Shown: positions 37,628 to 49,692, counted from the stretch's first letter. The stretch: 64,000 bases of DNA from Octopus sinensis (GCF_006345805.1 NC_043023.1:2728001-2792000), one strand, 5' to 3'. Numbers and translations: made by a program. The notes: a model not told the origin generated them from the sequence alone.

Positions 37628-38471
37628 GCAATATTGTTGTTCTTTGTCTTCCTTGTCTATATTTCTATGTTTCTCTCTTTATGCCATTCTTTCTTCTACC
37701 ATCATTCTCTTTCCTTCCTCGGCTCTCCATCTCTCCCCCCTTCTCCCCCTTCTCCCTCCTCACCTACCCCCATTCCGTCTGTCTTTGATATTCCAATAAC
37801 CATTAATAAAAGGCAAAAAAAAAAAAGGGAAAAAAAATATTGATAGGCCCAGCGAGGGGTTACGTTCGACAATGCAGTAATATTGACTGAATCGGTACAA
37901 AGAGGAAGACATCCTGAACCAAAAGTTCGCAAGATCGAACCCCAGCCCCTTCCCCCCACCCACACCGTCCCTTATCCCCCCCACACACCGTGGTGGTGGG
38001 GTAGATTACAGACGAAAAGTGGGGGAACATTTCTTTTCATATTTCTTTGTTCTTTTTTATTTTTTATCTCTGCCATTTATCATTTGTTCCAGGAACATAA
38101 AAGCGACGCAGAATAATATTAATATGTATTTTGAAACGACCCTTGTATATACGTATAGATACGTATATATGTATAGAGGGAGGTGTATGTATTTGTGTGT
38201 GTCTGGGTGTGTTTGTGTGGGTGTATATGTGCATGTATTTATGGTGGGTTGTATGAATGCAGTATAGTTATTTTAATTAAGAACTTCACTTTCCAAATAT
38301 AAGTGGCACAATCTCACTACATACCATCTTGGTCATAGTTATCTATGTAAATACGTGATCATATAAACACACACACATATATATATATATATGCACGCAC
38401 ATATATATACACTTAAACACAAACACATGCACGTATATATATATATATATATTATATATATATATATATAT

Positions 38472-39576
38472 AGGCGCAGGAGTGGCTGCCGTGGTAAGTA
38501 GCTTGCTTATCAACCACATGGTTCCCGATTCAGTCCCACTGCATGGCATCTTGGGCAAGTGTCTTCTGCTATAGCCTTGGGCTGTCCAAACCCTTGTGAG
38601 TGGATTTGAGAGACGGAAACTGAAAGAAGTCCGTTGTATGTATATATATGTATATATATATATATAGATGCAAAGGTACATGAAGCCCAGTTACAACTAC
38701 AGCCGGCTATTACCGGTAAAGGTTTTAGTTGCCAATTTAGTACAAGACATTGTAGATCTTTAGCTTGGCTAAAAAGTCACATTCAATCACAGCATCAGTA
38801 GCAGTTAAGCTTCGTGCAATGGCCATACTCGATAACGAGGGGGCAGCCATAATAATAATAATAATGATATACATATAGTCGCAGGAGTGGCTGTGTGGTA
38901 AGTAGCTTGCTTACCAACCACATGGTTCTGAGTTTAGTCCCACTGCATGGCACCTTGTGTAAGTGTCTTTTAATATAGCCTGGGACTGACCAATGCCTTG
39001 TGAGTGGATTTGGTAGATGGAAACTAAAAGAAGCCTGTCATATACATGTATATATATATATGTATGTGTGTGTGTGTGTTTGTATGTCTGTGTTTGTCCT
39101 CCCAACATTGCTTGACAACCGATGCTGGAGTGTTTACATCCCTGTAACTTAGCAGTTTGGCAAATAAGACCGATAGAGTAAGTACTAGGATTACAAAGAA
39201 TAATTTCTGGGGTCGATTTGCTCGACTAAAGTCAGTGCTCCAGTATGGCCACAGTCACATGACTGAAACAAATAAAAGAATAAAAGAATATATATATATG
39301 TGTGTATATATACACCTTTTTTACTTGCTCCAGTCATTTGACTGCAGCCATGCTGGAGCACCGCCTTTAGTCGAACAAATCGATCCCAGAACTCATTCTT
39401 TGTATATACATATAGGTGCAGGAGTGGCTGTGTGGTAAGAAGCTTGCTTCCCAACCACATGGTTCTAGGTTCAGTCCCACTACATAGCACCTTGGGCAAA
39501 TGTCTTCTACTGTATCCTCGGGCCAACCAAAGCCTTGTGAGTAGATTTGGTAGATGGAAACTGAAGGAGGCCCGTC

Positions 39577-39619
<43 letters not shown>

Positions 39620-39995
39620 CGCAGGAGTGGCTGTGTGGTAAGTAGCTTGCTTACCAACCACATGGTCCCGGGTTCAGTCCCACTGCGTGGCACCTTGCGC
39701 AAGTGTCTTCTACTATACCCTCAGGCCAACCAAAGCCTTGTGAGTGGATTTGGTAGATGGAAATTGAAATAAGTCTGTCGTATATATATATATATATATG
39801 TATATAGGCGTAGGAGTGGCTGTGTGGCCTAAATGGCAAATTATATGAAATAAAGTAGCTTGCTTACCAACCACATGGTTCCAGGTTCAGTCCCACTGCG
39901 TGGCAGGCACCTTGGTGAAGTGTCTTCTACTATAGCCTCGGGCCAACCAATGTCTTGTGAGTGGATTTGGTAGATGGAAACTGAAAGAAGCCTTT
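38472..39995 (+). mobile_element. SINE-A cluster: 5' module, full copy (38878-39288), inverted 3' piece, three tandem 5' modules
   Basis: Heads at 38472, 38878, 39415, 39617, 39806. Confidence 0.85.
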
Positions 39996-40464
39996 TGTAT
40001 ATGTATCATCATCATCATCATCATCATCATCATGGCAGTTGTAGTGTGCTACTGGTTAATGACCACTGACTACGAGAAAAAAAACAAGAAGGTTTATGCT
40101 TCTATTTTCTACATCAACCCTTTTATTTTTTCCACATGGAGTATCTTCGATCTGACCCTTGTTAGTCATAAGAAGCTTGTAATTGCTAACTATGTGAAAC
40201 TACACATATTCCACAAGCCTCCATCATTAGGAAAAGTGATCCATCCTTTTGTGGCCACCAGAAATATGCCCTGTTATCAGTCTTCAAAGCACTGGCTGCT
40301 GATAAGCCAGACATACAACCCTAGGCCTAACTGAATCACATACTGAGACAAGATACATACTACTTGCTGTTCATAAAGGTCAGTGCCCACTAAATATCAC
40401 CTCATAACTGTGCTGATTAGACGCAATCGTATATAATCTAATGCCAGCATATTGTTGCTTACTT

Positions 40465-41031
40465 TTCCTCATGGTTACTATATTCCTACCACTCTATGTC
40501 ATGCTGGTGAGACCCATATTGGAGTACAGGATTCAAGCCTCTTCTCCTTATCTCCTCAAAGACATACAGCAATTCAAAAGAGTCCAGAAGCTGGCTACCC
40601 GCATGGTTCTTGGTCTCAAGCATTTGTCTTATGAAGAAAGGCTGAAGACGCTTGACCTTTATTCTCTAGAAAAACGCTGCTGCCGTGGTGATCTCATTCT
40701 TGCTCACAACATCATAAGCGGAAAGTGTAACCTCTCGAAAGAGCTGTTCTTCACTCCTGCTCCAGAGCGTCGGCTGCGGAGTCATTCCGAAAAGCTCTAT
40801 CTGCGACGATTTCATCTCAATCGAAGGAGAGGAGCTTTCTCCGTCCAGGTTGCGGATCTGTGGAAAAAGCTGCCGGACGAGATATTGAAGATGCCGACGA
40901 CCGCTCAGTTCAAAGTCTCTCTTGACCAGAAATGGCCTGAACTCTTTGCATGAACACCTTCCCTCTTCATAACTCCATGTCCCCCTACATGGCCTTGCTT
41001 TTTGCTTTTTGAGCCAAAAAATTAACTTAAC
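40465..41031 (+). mobile_element. 5'-truncated CR1-clade LINE (ORF2 C-terminus to 40952, short 3' UTR)
   Basis: LYVMLVRPILEY...SPYLLKDIQQFKRVQKLATRM..GL.HLSYEERLKTLDLYSLEKR..RGDLI, typical CR1 post-RT region; frame open. Confidence 0.9.
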
Positions 41032-41129
41032 ACTGTTCAGCTGACATCAATATCTTGTCTGCTCTACCACGTAGAGCATCCAATGAAAAATCTGATGTTG
41101 CTGACGTGGGGTAGTATAGAATGCTACAT

Positions 41130-41290
41130 TATTTACCTTATTTACATTATTTACATTTGACGGATATTTGTCCTCATCTTGTTTGTTGTTAACACAACGT
41201 TTCGTCTGATATACCCTCCACCCTTCATCAGGTGTTTTGGGGAAATTTCGAACCTGGGTTCTCATTCCTAAGGTATTCTTCAATGTTGTT
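41130..41290 (-). mobile_element. HHR-bearing repeat (AACAC stem I family)
   Basis: AACAC-CTGATGA-A-GGGTG-GAGGGTATAT-CAGAC-GAAAC-GT-T-GTGTT at 41191-41236 minus. Confidence 0.75.
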
Positions 41291-41834
41291 ATTTCGTTGT
41301 TGTCTTGAGTGTTATCATGAATTTTTACATGGACCATTTTCTATCGAACAAAGCCCTTTGTAATCTTCGTCCTGTATTTTTTCCCTACATGTTATAATTA
41401 ATTTTTGTCAGCCCTTGCGGCCAACAAAAGAATTAATTATTATTATTGTTGTTGTTGTGTTAACAACAAACAAGATGAGGACAAATATCCATCAAATGTA
41501 AATAATGTAAATAATTCCTCATCTCTTAAATATAGAACTGTAGTATGGAATGCTGATGCCAACATCATGTTTTTGCTCTACCATGTGGAGCACAAAAAGA
41601 AAGAATTAAAATCGCTTAGATATGACCTGATCTGTCCATAGGAGGCCTAAATTCAACTAGAAGAAGCCATCAGCATTGATAGGAGATAGTGTTTGATTAG
41701 TAGAACTGACCAAATATAATTCAGAATACTCAGAAATATAAGCCAAGTGTCAGTTATTTGTCCATTGATTTTTAAGAGAGGAATTATATACATTATTTAC
41801 ATTTGACAGATATTTGTCCTCATCTTGTTTGTTG

Positions 41835-41915
41835 GCGTAGTGGTTAAGAGTGTGGGCTACTAACCCCAAGATTCCGAGTTCAATTCCAGGCAGTGACCTT
41901 AATAATAATGATAAT
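41835..41915 (+). mobile_element. Very short tRNA-derived SINE with (AAT)n tail
   Basis: GGCGTAGTGGTTAAG A box, GAGTTCAATTCC B box; no acceptor stem. Confidence 0.65.
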
Positions 41916-42304
41916 GATAGAGGTTTGGATACTTCACCTTTGGAAACATCCTTAAACAATCCTTATTCAGGGACCTTTTGAGTGGGATGGGTTACTCGAC
42001 TAGAAGAAAATTCTAACTGGGCCCCACCTGCAAGATCATGTGCTGTTCATCTTGATATGAGATCACCATTCGCGCACATATGGTTGTGATGCATGTGCCT
42101 AGTGTACCCTTGATAACCTGCACTGCTCTCTCACTCAATAATAATAATAATAATAATAAATAAATAAATAAAAAATAAATGCGCCCTTTGATCCTTAGCC
42201 AGGATCATGGGCCCAGTTTCCCGTTTTCTATGGCGTATGTGTTCCCCACCTGGATGGGACACCAGTCCATCACAGCGTTACTAATAATAATAACAATACT
42301 AATA

Positions 42305-42452
42305 ATAAGATCGAAAAATACCTTAGGAATGAGAACCTTGGTTTGAAATTTCCCCACGACACCTGATGAAGGCTGGAGGGTATATCAGCCGAAATGTTGT
42401 GTTAACAACAAACAAGATGAGAACAAATATCTGTCAAATGTAAATAATGTAC
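42305..42452 (+). mobile_element. HHR-bearing repeat (AACAC family)
   Basis: GACAC-CTGATGA-A-GGCTG-GAGGGTATAT-CAGCC-GAAAT-GT-T-GTGTT at 42358-42403. Confidence 0.8.
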
Positions 42453-42853
42453 AGGCGCAGGAGTGGCTGTGTGGTAAGTAGCTTGCTAACCAACCACATG
42501 GTTCCGGGTTCAGTCCCACTCGTGCATCTTGGGCAAGTGTCTTCTGCTATAGCCCCCGGGCCGACCAATGCCTTTGAGTGGATTTGGTAGACGGAAACTG
42601 AAAGAAGCCTGTTGTATATATGTATTATATATATATGTGTGGTGTGTGTTTGTGGGTGTGTTTGTCCCCCTAGCATTGCTTGACAACCGATGCTGTGTGT
42701 TTACCTCCCCGTCACTTAGCGGTTCGGCAAAAGAGACCATAGAATAAGTACTGGCTTACAAAGAATAAGTCCCGGGGTCGATTTGCTCGACTAAAGGCGG
42801 TGCTCCAGCATGGCCGCAGTCAAATGACTGAAACAAGTAAAAGAGTAAAAGAG
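42453..42853 (+). mobile_element. SINE-A, young, with 7-bp TSD
   Basis: TAATGTA on both flanks. Confidence 0.9.
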
Positions 42854-43295
42854 TAATGTAAATAATGATAATAATGTGCTCAGACATACATAGAACACTT
42901 CACATTTTTATATATATTATACTGTGCGAGAATGTGAATGTGTATCCCTACATATAGTTATACCTGTATAATTATAAACATCATGATGGTGCTCTTCTAA
43001 TGAATTGTATGCAAATATGTGTGCACATTGACTCACAAATAAACACACACGTTTGTATAAATATATCTTAAACTATACTCTAAGTTTTCACACACGAACA
43101 GATACACATGCATACAGAGAGAGAAAGAGAGAGAGAGAGAGAGAGTGTGTGTGTGTGTGTGTGTGTGTGTGAGATTATATGCTTGTATGTCTTTATGGCC
43201 TTAGAGATAATGGTCAGTGTACGTAGATATGTATGTGCATGTGTATGTATATAAATATACATATATATACACACACACACACACAAATGCGTATA

Positions 43296-43419
43296 TACGA
43301 GGAGTGTATGAAAAGTCTTGAGACCCCAAAAACAATACGGTATAAGACTTCTGATGAAGGTACAAGACTTCAAGGCTCAAAGGCTTTGAAAGCTCAAAAC
43401 TTTTCATACACCCCTTGTA
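43296..43419. mobile_element. Tc1/mariner-type MITE
   Basis: TA + CGAGGAGTGTATGAAAAGTCTTGAG ... CTCAAAACTTTTCATACACCCCTTG + TA. Confidence 0.7.
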
Positions 43420-43507
43420 TGCATATTTTTGTATATAAACATATATATATACTGTATATATGACGACAATGAAGTATACATGCATGTATATATGTAGATA
43501 TAATATT

Positions 43508-43848
43508 ATATAATTAGGGCTTAGTAAAATAAATTACTTTGCCACATACTGAACTTAGTAGAAATAGCAGCCAAAAAATGTTTTTAGCCGTTTCTACTAC
43601 TTAAAGAAAATTTCTCTCAGATAATGTTTTACTTGGCTAATCTTGAAACGTTGACGTACTCAAACGATCTATGTACTTGTGATTTTTCTGTATTTACCTC
43701 CAAACCTTCGTGAGCTGTCTGGAGTAAACATTATCTGAAAGAAATTTTCTTTAAGTAGTAGAAATGCTAAGAAAAATTTTTTGGCTGCTATTTCTACTAA
43801 GTTCAGTATGTGGCAAAGTAATTTATTTTACTAAGCCCTAATTATATA
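43508..43848. mobile_element. Fold-back element, ~125-bp arms, ~90-bp spacer
   Basis: TATATAATTAGGGCTTAGTAAAAT...CAGATAATGTTT mirrored. Confidence 0.85.
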
Positions 43849-44010
43849 ATGTAATATTTTGAATTCGCCTTAAATGGTCCTTTTACATACTGAACACTTG
43901 GTGAAATTGATTAATTAATTTTACCCTCAATTGTTGATGTAGATATAATATGTATACATTTATACTTTTATATACATGTATGTGTGTGTCTATGTATGTT
44001 TATATATATG

Positions 44011-44057
<47 letters not shown>

Positions 44058-44147
44058 GTATATATATTTATACTTATATATATCTATGTAGATATTTACA
44101 TATACATATATGTATGTATTATAATCATTATGTTACATTTATATAGT

Positions 44148-44269
44148 ACAGGAGTGGCTGTGTGGTAAGTAGCTTGCTTGCCAACCACATGGTTCCAGGT
44201 TCAGTCCCCTCAGGCCGACCAAAGCCTTATGAGTGGATTTGGTAGACGGAAACTAAAAGAAGCCCATTG

Positions 44270-44302
<33 letters not shown>

Positions 44303-44489
44303 CTGTCCCCTCCAACATCACTTGACAACCGATGCTGGTGTGTTTACATCCCCGTAACTTAGCAGTTCGGCAAAAGAGACCGACAGAATAAGTACTAGGC
44401 TTCCAAAGAATAATCCTGGGGTTGATTTGCTCGATTAAAGGCAGCGCTCCAGCATGGCCACAGTCAAATGACTGAAACAAGTAAAAGAG
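44148..44489 (+). mobile_element. SINE-A with internal deletion
   Basis: Head joined GGTTCAGTCCC-CTCAGGCCGACC. Confidence 0.85.
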
Positions 44490-45432
44490 CAAAAGAGTAT
44501 CAAATACATGTGGCAAGTTACATTTGTAAACGTGACTTGTGTCATCAAGCAGTCCTCAAGCTCTGGGCACAAGATTTGTTCTATTTGAAATCAAAACACC
44601 GGTACATGAGACATAGGACTACATTATCTTATGTATAGAAAAGTCATTATTCTTCTTCTTCTCCTTCTTCTTCTCCTCAACTTGCAAATCAAAGCTCATT
44701 CTCTAGACCTATTATGAAAGACCCTCCAGCCATAACCATCATGTCTGTTTTTCTTAATCGCAGCGTATTTAGGACTATAATGGCATATGTATCCTTCAAA
44801 CATTTAGGAAATGTTGATGTGATTCGAAGGAGATTTGAGTGCTATTTCTAGCTCAACTTGCAACCACTTGCACACCCGCCTCCGGGGTTTATAATGCTAT
44901 TTGCCAAATCAAAAGATTTACAATTTTGTGATTGATCGATGACAAGGACAGCTGTTGCATTATGATTGGCTAGCAATTAATGAGGCGTGACTAATTATTA
45001 GTAAATGGGTGTGGCCTAAATATATAAGAAACAAAACAGATAGGCTTCTTGTTCCTATATTTTCTTTATATTTATTTATTGTTTATTTGGTAATTTATTT
45101 AATCAATTAAATAATTATCCAGTTAATTATTTAATTTAATGTCCTATTTATGTTAGAGCCATATTAGAATTGATTGAATTCAAAAATTAATTTAATGAAA
45201 ACTTATTAACGAGACATAGCTGTGTTGTTAAGAAATCTGCTTTGTAATCATATAATTTGGGTTCAATCCTATGGCATGGCATCTTCTACAATGGGCCCGA
45301 GCTGACCAAATTCTTGTGGGTTGACATAAGATGAAAGGAGCCTGTTTTATGTATTGAGTCTTCTGTGATTTGCTGTGCTTCAGAAGACACGTCAAGCTAA
45401 GTGACATTGTAGTCATGTCCAGTGCTACAGAT

Positions 45433-46048
45433 ACGTGAAAGGTACCTGTGTTGGGGCACGTGAAAGGTACCTGTGTTGGGGCATGTGAAAGGTACCTGTG
45501 TTGGGGTACGTGAAAGGTACCTGTGTTGGGGATTGTAAAAGGTACTGTTTGGGGCAGTGATAGGTACTGTGTGGGGTAGTGAAAGGTACCTGTGTTGGGG
45601 TACGTGAAAGATACCTGTGTTGGGGCATGTAAAAGGTACCTGTGTTGGGGCATGTGATAGGTACCTGTGTTGGGGTACGTGAAAGGTACCTGTGTTGGGG
45701 CATGTAAAAGGTACCTGTGTTGGGGCATGTGATAGGTACCTGTGTTGGGGTACGTGAAAGGTACCTGTGTTGGGGTATGTGAAAGGTACCTGTGTTGGGG
45801 CATGTGATAGGTACCTGTGTTGGGGTACGTGAAAGGTACCTGTGTTGGGGTATGTGAAAGGTACCTGTGTTGGGGTACGTGAAAGGTACCTGTGTTGGGG
45901 CATGTAAAAGGTACCTGTGTTGGGGCATGTGATAGGTACCTGTGTTGGGGTACGTGAAAGGTACCTGTGTTGGGGCATGTGAAAGGTACCTGTGTTGGGG
46001 CATGTGAAAGGTACCTGTGTTGGGGCATGTGATGGTACCTGTTTTGGG
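45433..46048 (+). repeat. 25-bp minisatellite, ~25 units
   Basis: Unit GTGAAAGGTACCTGTGTTGGGGCAT/TAC; gives the 25-aa periodic ORFs on minus. Confidence 0.95.
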
Positions 46049-46955
46049 TGCCTGTTCCAGTGATGTGTGATAGGCACCCATGTTGGTCACGCATAAAAGG
46101 CAAACATGCTGGTGAAAAGCGCCAGTGACACATGAGAGGCATTTATGCAGGTGACAAATAAGAGGCACCTGTGCCAGTGACACATAAAAGGTACCCATGG
46201 CAGCAAGCTGGCAGACGAAATACAGTTACGCATTTTGGCCGGCGTGCTAACGTTTCTGCCAGCTCGCAGCCACACTGTCTCATGAGGGTCACAGCTTGCT
46301 CTCACTGTGCACTCAGCCACGTGCTGCCATCTGTTGATGCACTACAGAACTAGCCCGGGAACTTTTTGCTTCCACCTCACATATATTAATATTAATTCAC
46401 GGGATATTTATTTATAAAGAAAATAAATATTGAGCCTTTGTAACTGACGAACTTCATTCGTTAAAAGCTGATTATATTTTTGGAAGGAACGATATCGATT
46501 CAATAAAATGCTTTCATGTTGATCTATTCATATGTAAATCATATTTCTGAGTTAGATTTTGATGCAAATATTTGAAAAAATACAGGTTAAACGTCAACAG
46601 GCATCAATATTGCCTCTTTGAGTGACTCAGCTCTTAATATTTCTGTTGTATAGAAATCTGTCTGACGGGGGACAAGTCTGGTCATGAGATAAAAGAGTTT
46701 GGCTTGGAATCATAAGGTTTTTGGTTCAATTCTGCATACGTACATACACGCTTTTTATCTTTTACTTGTTTCACTCATTAGACTGTGGCCATGTTGGAGC
46801 AATGTCGTCGAGAGATTTTAGCCGAATGACACAACCTCAGTGCCTTTTTAAGTCTGGTAATTATTTTAGGCTAAGTTACAGGGACGTAAACACACCAACA
46901 CCGGTTGTCTGGTGGTAAAGGTGGGACAAAGACATACACTGATATCTCTCTCTCT

Positions 46956-47006
<51 letters not shown>

Positions 47007-47019
47007 ATATATATATATA

Positions 47020-47310
47020 TAACTGTCGACGAACGGGAATGTGAAACTCTGAGTAACAGCTTTTGTTATATTTCTGCTGCTTTTAAATAAAGCATATTTA
47101 CTCTACTTTTGGTATTTGAGTACTCTTTTTTCCACCTTGCTTCACATAATATTCATAATGTATGTGTGTTTATTTCTGTGTTCCTTTCTGTCGCAGAGCA
47201 TAGGCTCGAAATGTAAAAGACTTTCTCACCTTCCCTAGAGTTAAACTAATATATTCGTTTGTTGTTTACACACCCGTCTTTGTCTTTTGTTTTTTTGTAA
47301 ATTCTCACTA
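47020..47310 (+). mobile_element. Repeat with two degenerate HHR motifs ~160 nt apart
   Basis: CTGT-CGACGA-ACGGGAATGT-GAAAC-TCTGA-GT-A-ACAG (47023-47059); CTTT-CTGTCGC-A-GAGC-ATAG-GCTC-GAAAT-GT-A-AAAG (47184-47219). Confidence 0.6.
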
Positions 47311-47344
47311 TATATGTATGCATTCTTGTATGTATATATGCATA

Positions 47345-47829
47345 TTGTCAGGTCACTTTCGAGTGCTACTGGTAACATGTAACCCAGTATAACTTGTTGC
47401 ATGGTCAGGCCGTCAGCATCTAAACCGGCAACCCCACCAAGCTTGCTTGGTGAGGAAGGTGCTTATTGGACATCCTGCGAGATGAAAAACAAAACCCGTC
47501 AAAGGGCGGAGGAACTCTTGAGAGTCAACAGCCATCCAATAAATGTGTATTTTTTTTAAGGCTTAAGGCTGTTTCTTGTGCGGGGGACAGAAATAATCGG
47601 ACTGAATACCCAATCGCGCAGTTAGACCATTGGGAGTGAAGGACTCCTAGCTTTTGTTAGGGCATCCTTCTAGGATAAGGTAACTCAGGTAACTGGGATA
47701 ACTCTGACATAATACCTGTGGCTCAGTGGTTACCGATGATATTGACTTGTTCTTCTTTTCGGATTATGGCTGCTGTTGCTTAGTGAGTGGGATTGACTCA
47801 GTGCACAGCTTTTCCTCACTTTAAAAAAG
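47345..47829 (+). repeat. Unclassified GC-rich repeat ending in an A-run (possible LINE UTR)
   Basis: GC-rich, hairpin CACCAAGC-TT-GCTTGGTG, ends CTCACTTTAAAAAAA; class not established. Confidence 0.35.
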
Positions 47830-48409
47830 AATCTTCTTGCACAGGCATTGCACGATAACAACATTGTTCATGATTGTTGATGGTGCTGTGAGTCTCAACT
47901 GAATAGCTGGCTGTAGCTTTAAAAAGCAAATAAAAGTCATATTCGATCACAGCACCAGTAATGGTTAAGCTTCGTGCAATAGCCATACTTGATAACGAGG
48001 GGGCAGTCATAATGTATGTATGTATGCATGCATGGTTGTATGTATGTATTAATGTTCCTGTCTGTGCTACTATCTTTGCAGTATCATGGCTATTCCTCAA
48101 GAATGGAATACATTATTTGGTAAGTATCACTTGCTTCCAATATGTTGAGAATGTGAAAATTCTATCATGCTCTACATTTGCTCTTAGAAACACATTCTTT
48201 GAGGAATTCACAGACCTGGAAAGCAGCACCACCTACAAAGAACACTCGTGACTTATCTTCTCTTACCTTCAATTTGTTACACATATTAATATTTAGTTTG
48301 TGTAGTCTGATAACACGTGAAGAAACTAGGGGTCTACAACAACACCCCTATTTCTTTTAAATAACTTGAATAAAAAATAGATAAATAAATAAATAATAAT
48401 TAAAATTTT

Positions 48410-48690
48410 TTTTTATGAACCCTTTTCAAGCCTAGCCAGGCTCGTGGGCCCAGTTTCAATGACGTATGTGTTGCCCCCCAGCTGGTTGGGATGCCAGGAA
48501 GAAAGAGTGAGAGAAAGTTGGGGCATAAGAGTACAATAGGGATCGCCGCCACTCCCTGTCAGAGCCTCGTGGAGGTTTGAGGTGTTTTCGCTCTATAAAC
48601 ACACACAACGCCTGGTCTGGGAATTGAAACCGCAATCCTCTATCCACGAGTCCACTGCCCCAACCACTGGGCCATTGCACCTCCACAATA
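48410..48690 (-). mobile_element. tRNA-derived SINE: 50128-type head with 61808-type tail
   Basis: Head GAGGTGCAATGGCCCAGTGG; tail GGGCCCACGAGCCTGGCTAGGCTTGAAAAGGG. Confidence 0.7.
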
Positions 48691-48699
48691 GATAATAAT

Positions 48700-49074
48700 A
48701 ATAAAATAATAATAATAATAATAATGATAGTAACAATAATAATAATAACAATAATAATGATAGTAAACAATAATAATAATATTATTAATATCATCATCAT
48801 CATCATCATTTAGCGTCCGTTTTCCATGCTAGCATGGGTTGGATGATAATAATAATAATAATAATAATAATGATAGTAACAATAATAATATTAATAATAA
48901 TGATAATAAATAATAATAGTAATAATAATAATAATAGTAATAATAATAATAAATAATAATAGTAATAATAATAATAATAATAGTAATAAAATAATAATAA
49001 TGATAACAACAACAACAACAACAATAATAATAATGATAATAACAACAATAATAATAATGATAATAACAATAATA

Positions 49075-49105
<31 letters not shown>

Positions 49106-49120
49106 TAATGATAATAATCA
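48700..49120. repeat. (AAT)n-rich microsatellite
   Basis: Direct. Confidence 0.95.
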
Positions 49121-49648
49121 TCGTCATCATTTGTTTTCCATGCCGGCTTGGATTGGATGGTTTACCAGGAACTGGTCTGGCTGAGTGCCACACCCGGTTC
49201 CATAATCTGCTTTGGCACAGTTTCCATGACTGGATGTCTTTGCTAAGACCCACCACTCCACAGAGTGTACTGGGTGTCTTTTTACATGTCACCATCACCA
49301 GTGCTTATAAGTGGCACCAGTACCTATACCAAGACTTTTTACATGGTACTTTGGTTTTTAAGACCCCTTTTCTGTAGTGGTGGGCGGGTCTTCTCAAGTA
49401 CAGCAATGCACCACCTATCTTGTTCCTCTCCTTTGTAAGGTTCAGTGTTTATAAAAGATAAATATTTTTTTAAGAATCCCTTAGAAATTTTTCTTATTGT
49501 TTCTCATTATGAGCATATATTTTCATAAATTTGCATAACTTTGTATAAATTTTCATAAATTTGCACAAATTTAGATTCTCTGAATCCAGTCGTATACATA
49601 TAATTAATTCTTTTTAAAACAGTTTGAATTAGTTTCTGAAAGTGTGAA

Positions 49649-49692
<44 letters not shown>

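Noticed and set aside
41835-41900. tRNA gene (also SINE heads at 14765, 50128, 61990)
   Set aside because: A and B boxes only; no acceptor stem; continues into SINE body or (AAT)n
45433-46048. CRISPR-like regular repeat
   Set aside because: No unique spacers, eukaryotic context, no cas genes
45228-46198. Three overlapping 226-304 aa repetitive ORFs
   Set aside because: All three minus frames are open because the 25-bp unit has no stop; not evidence of coding
46323-46337. CTCF-like motif CAACAGATGGCAGC
   Set aside because: Single imperfect match, not distinguishable from chance or a transposon end
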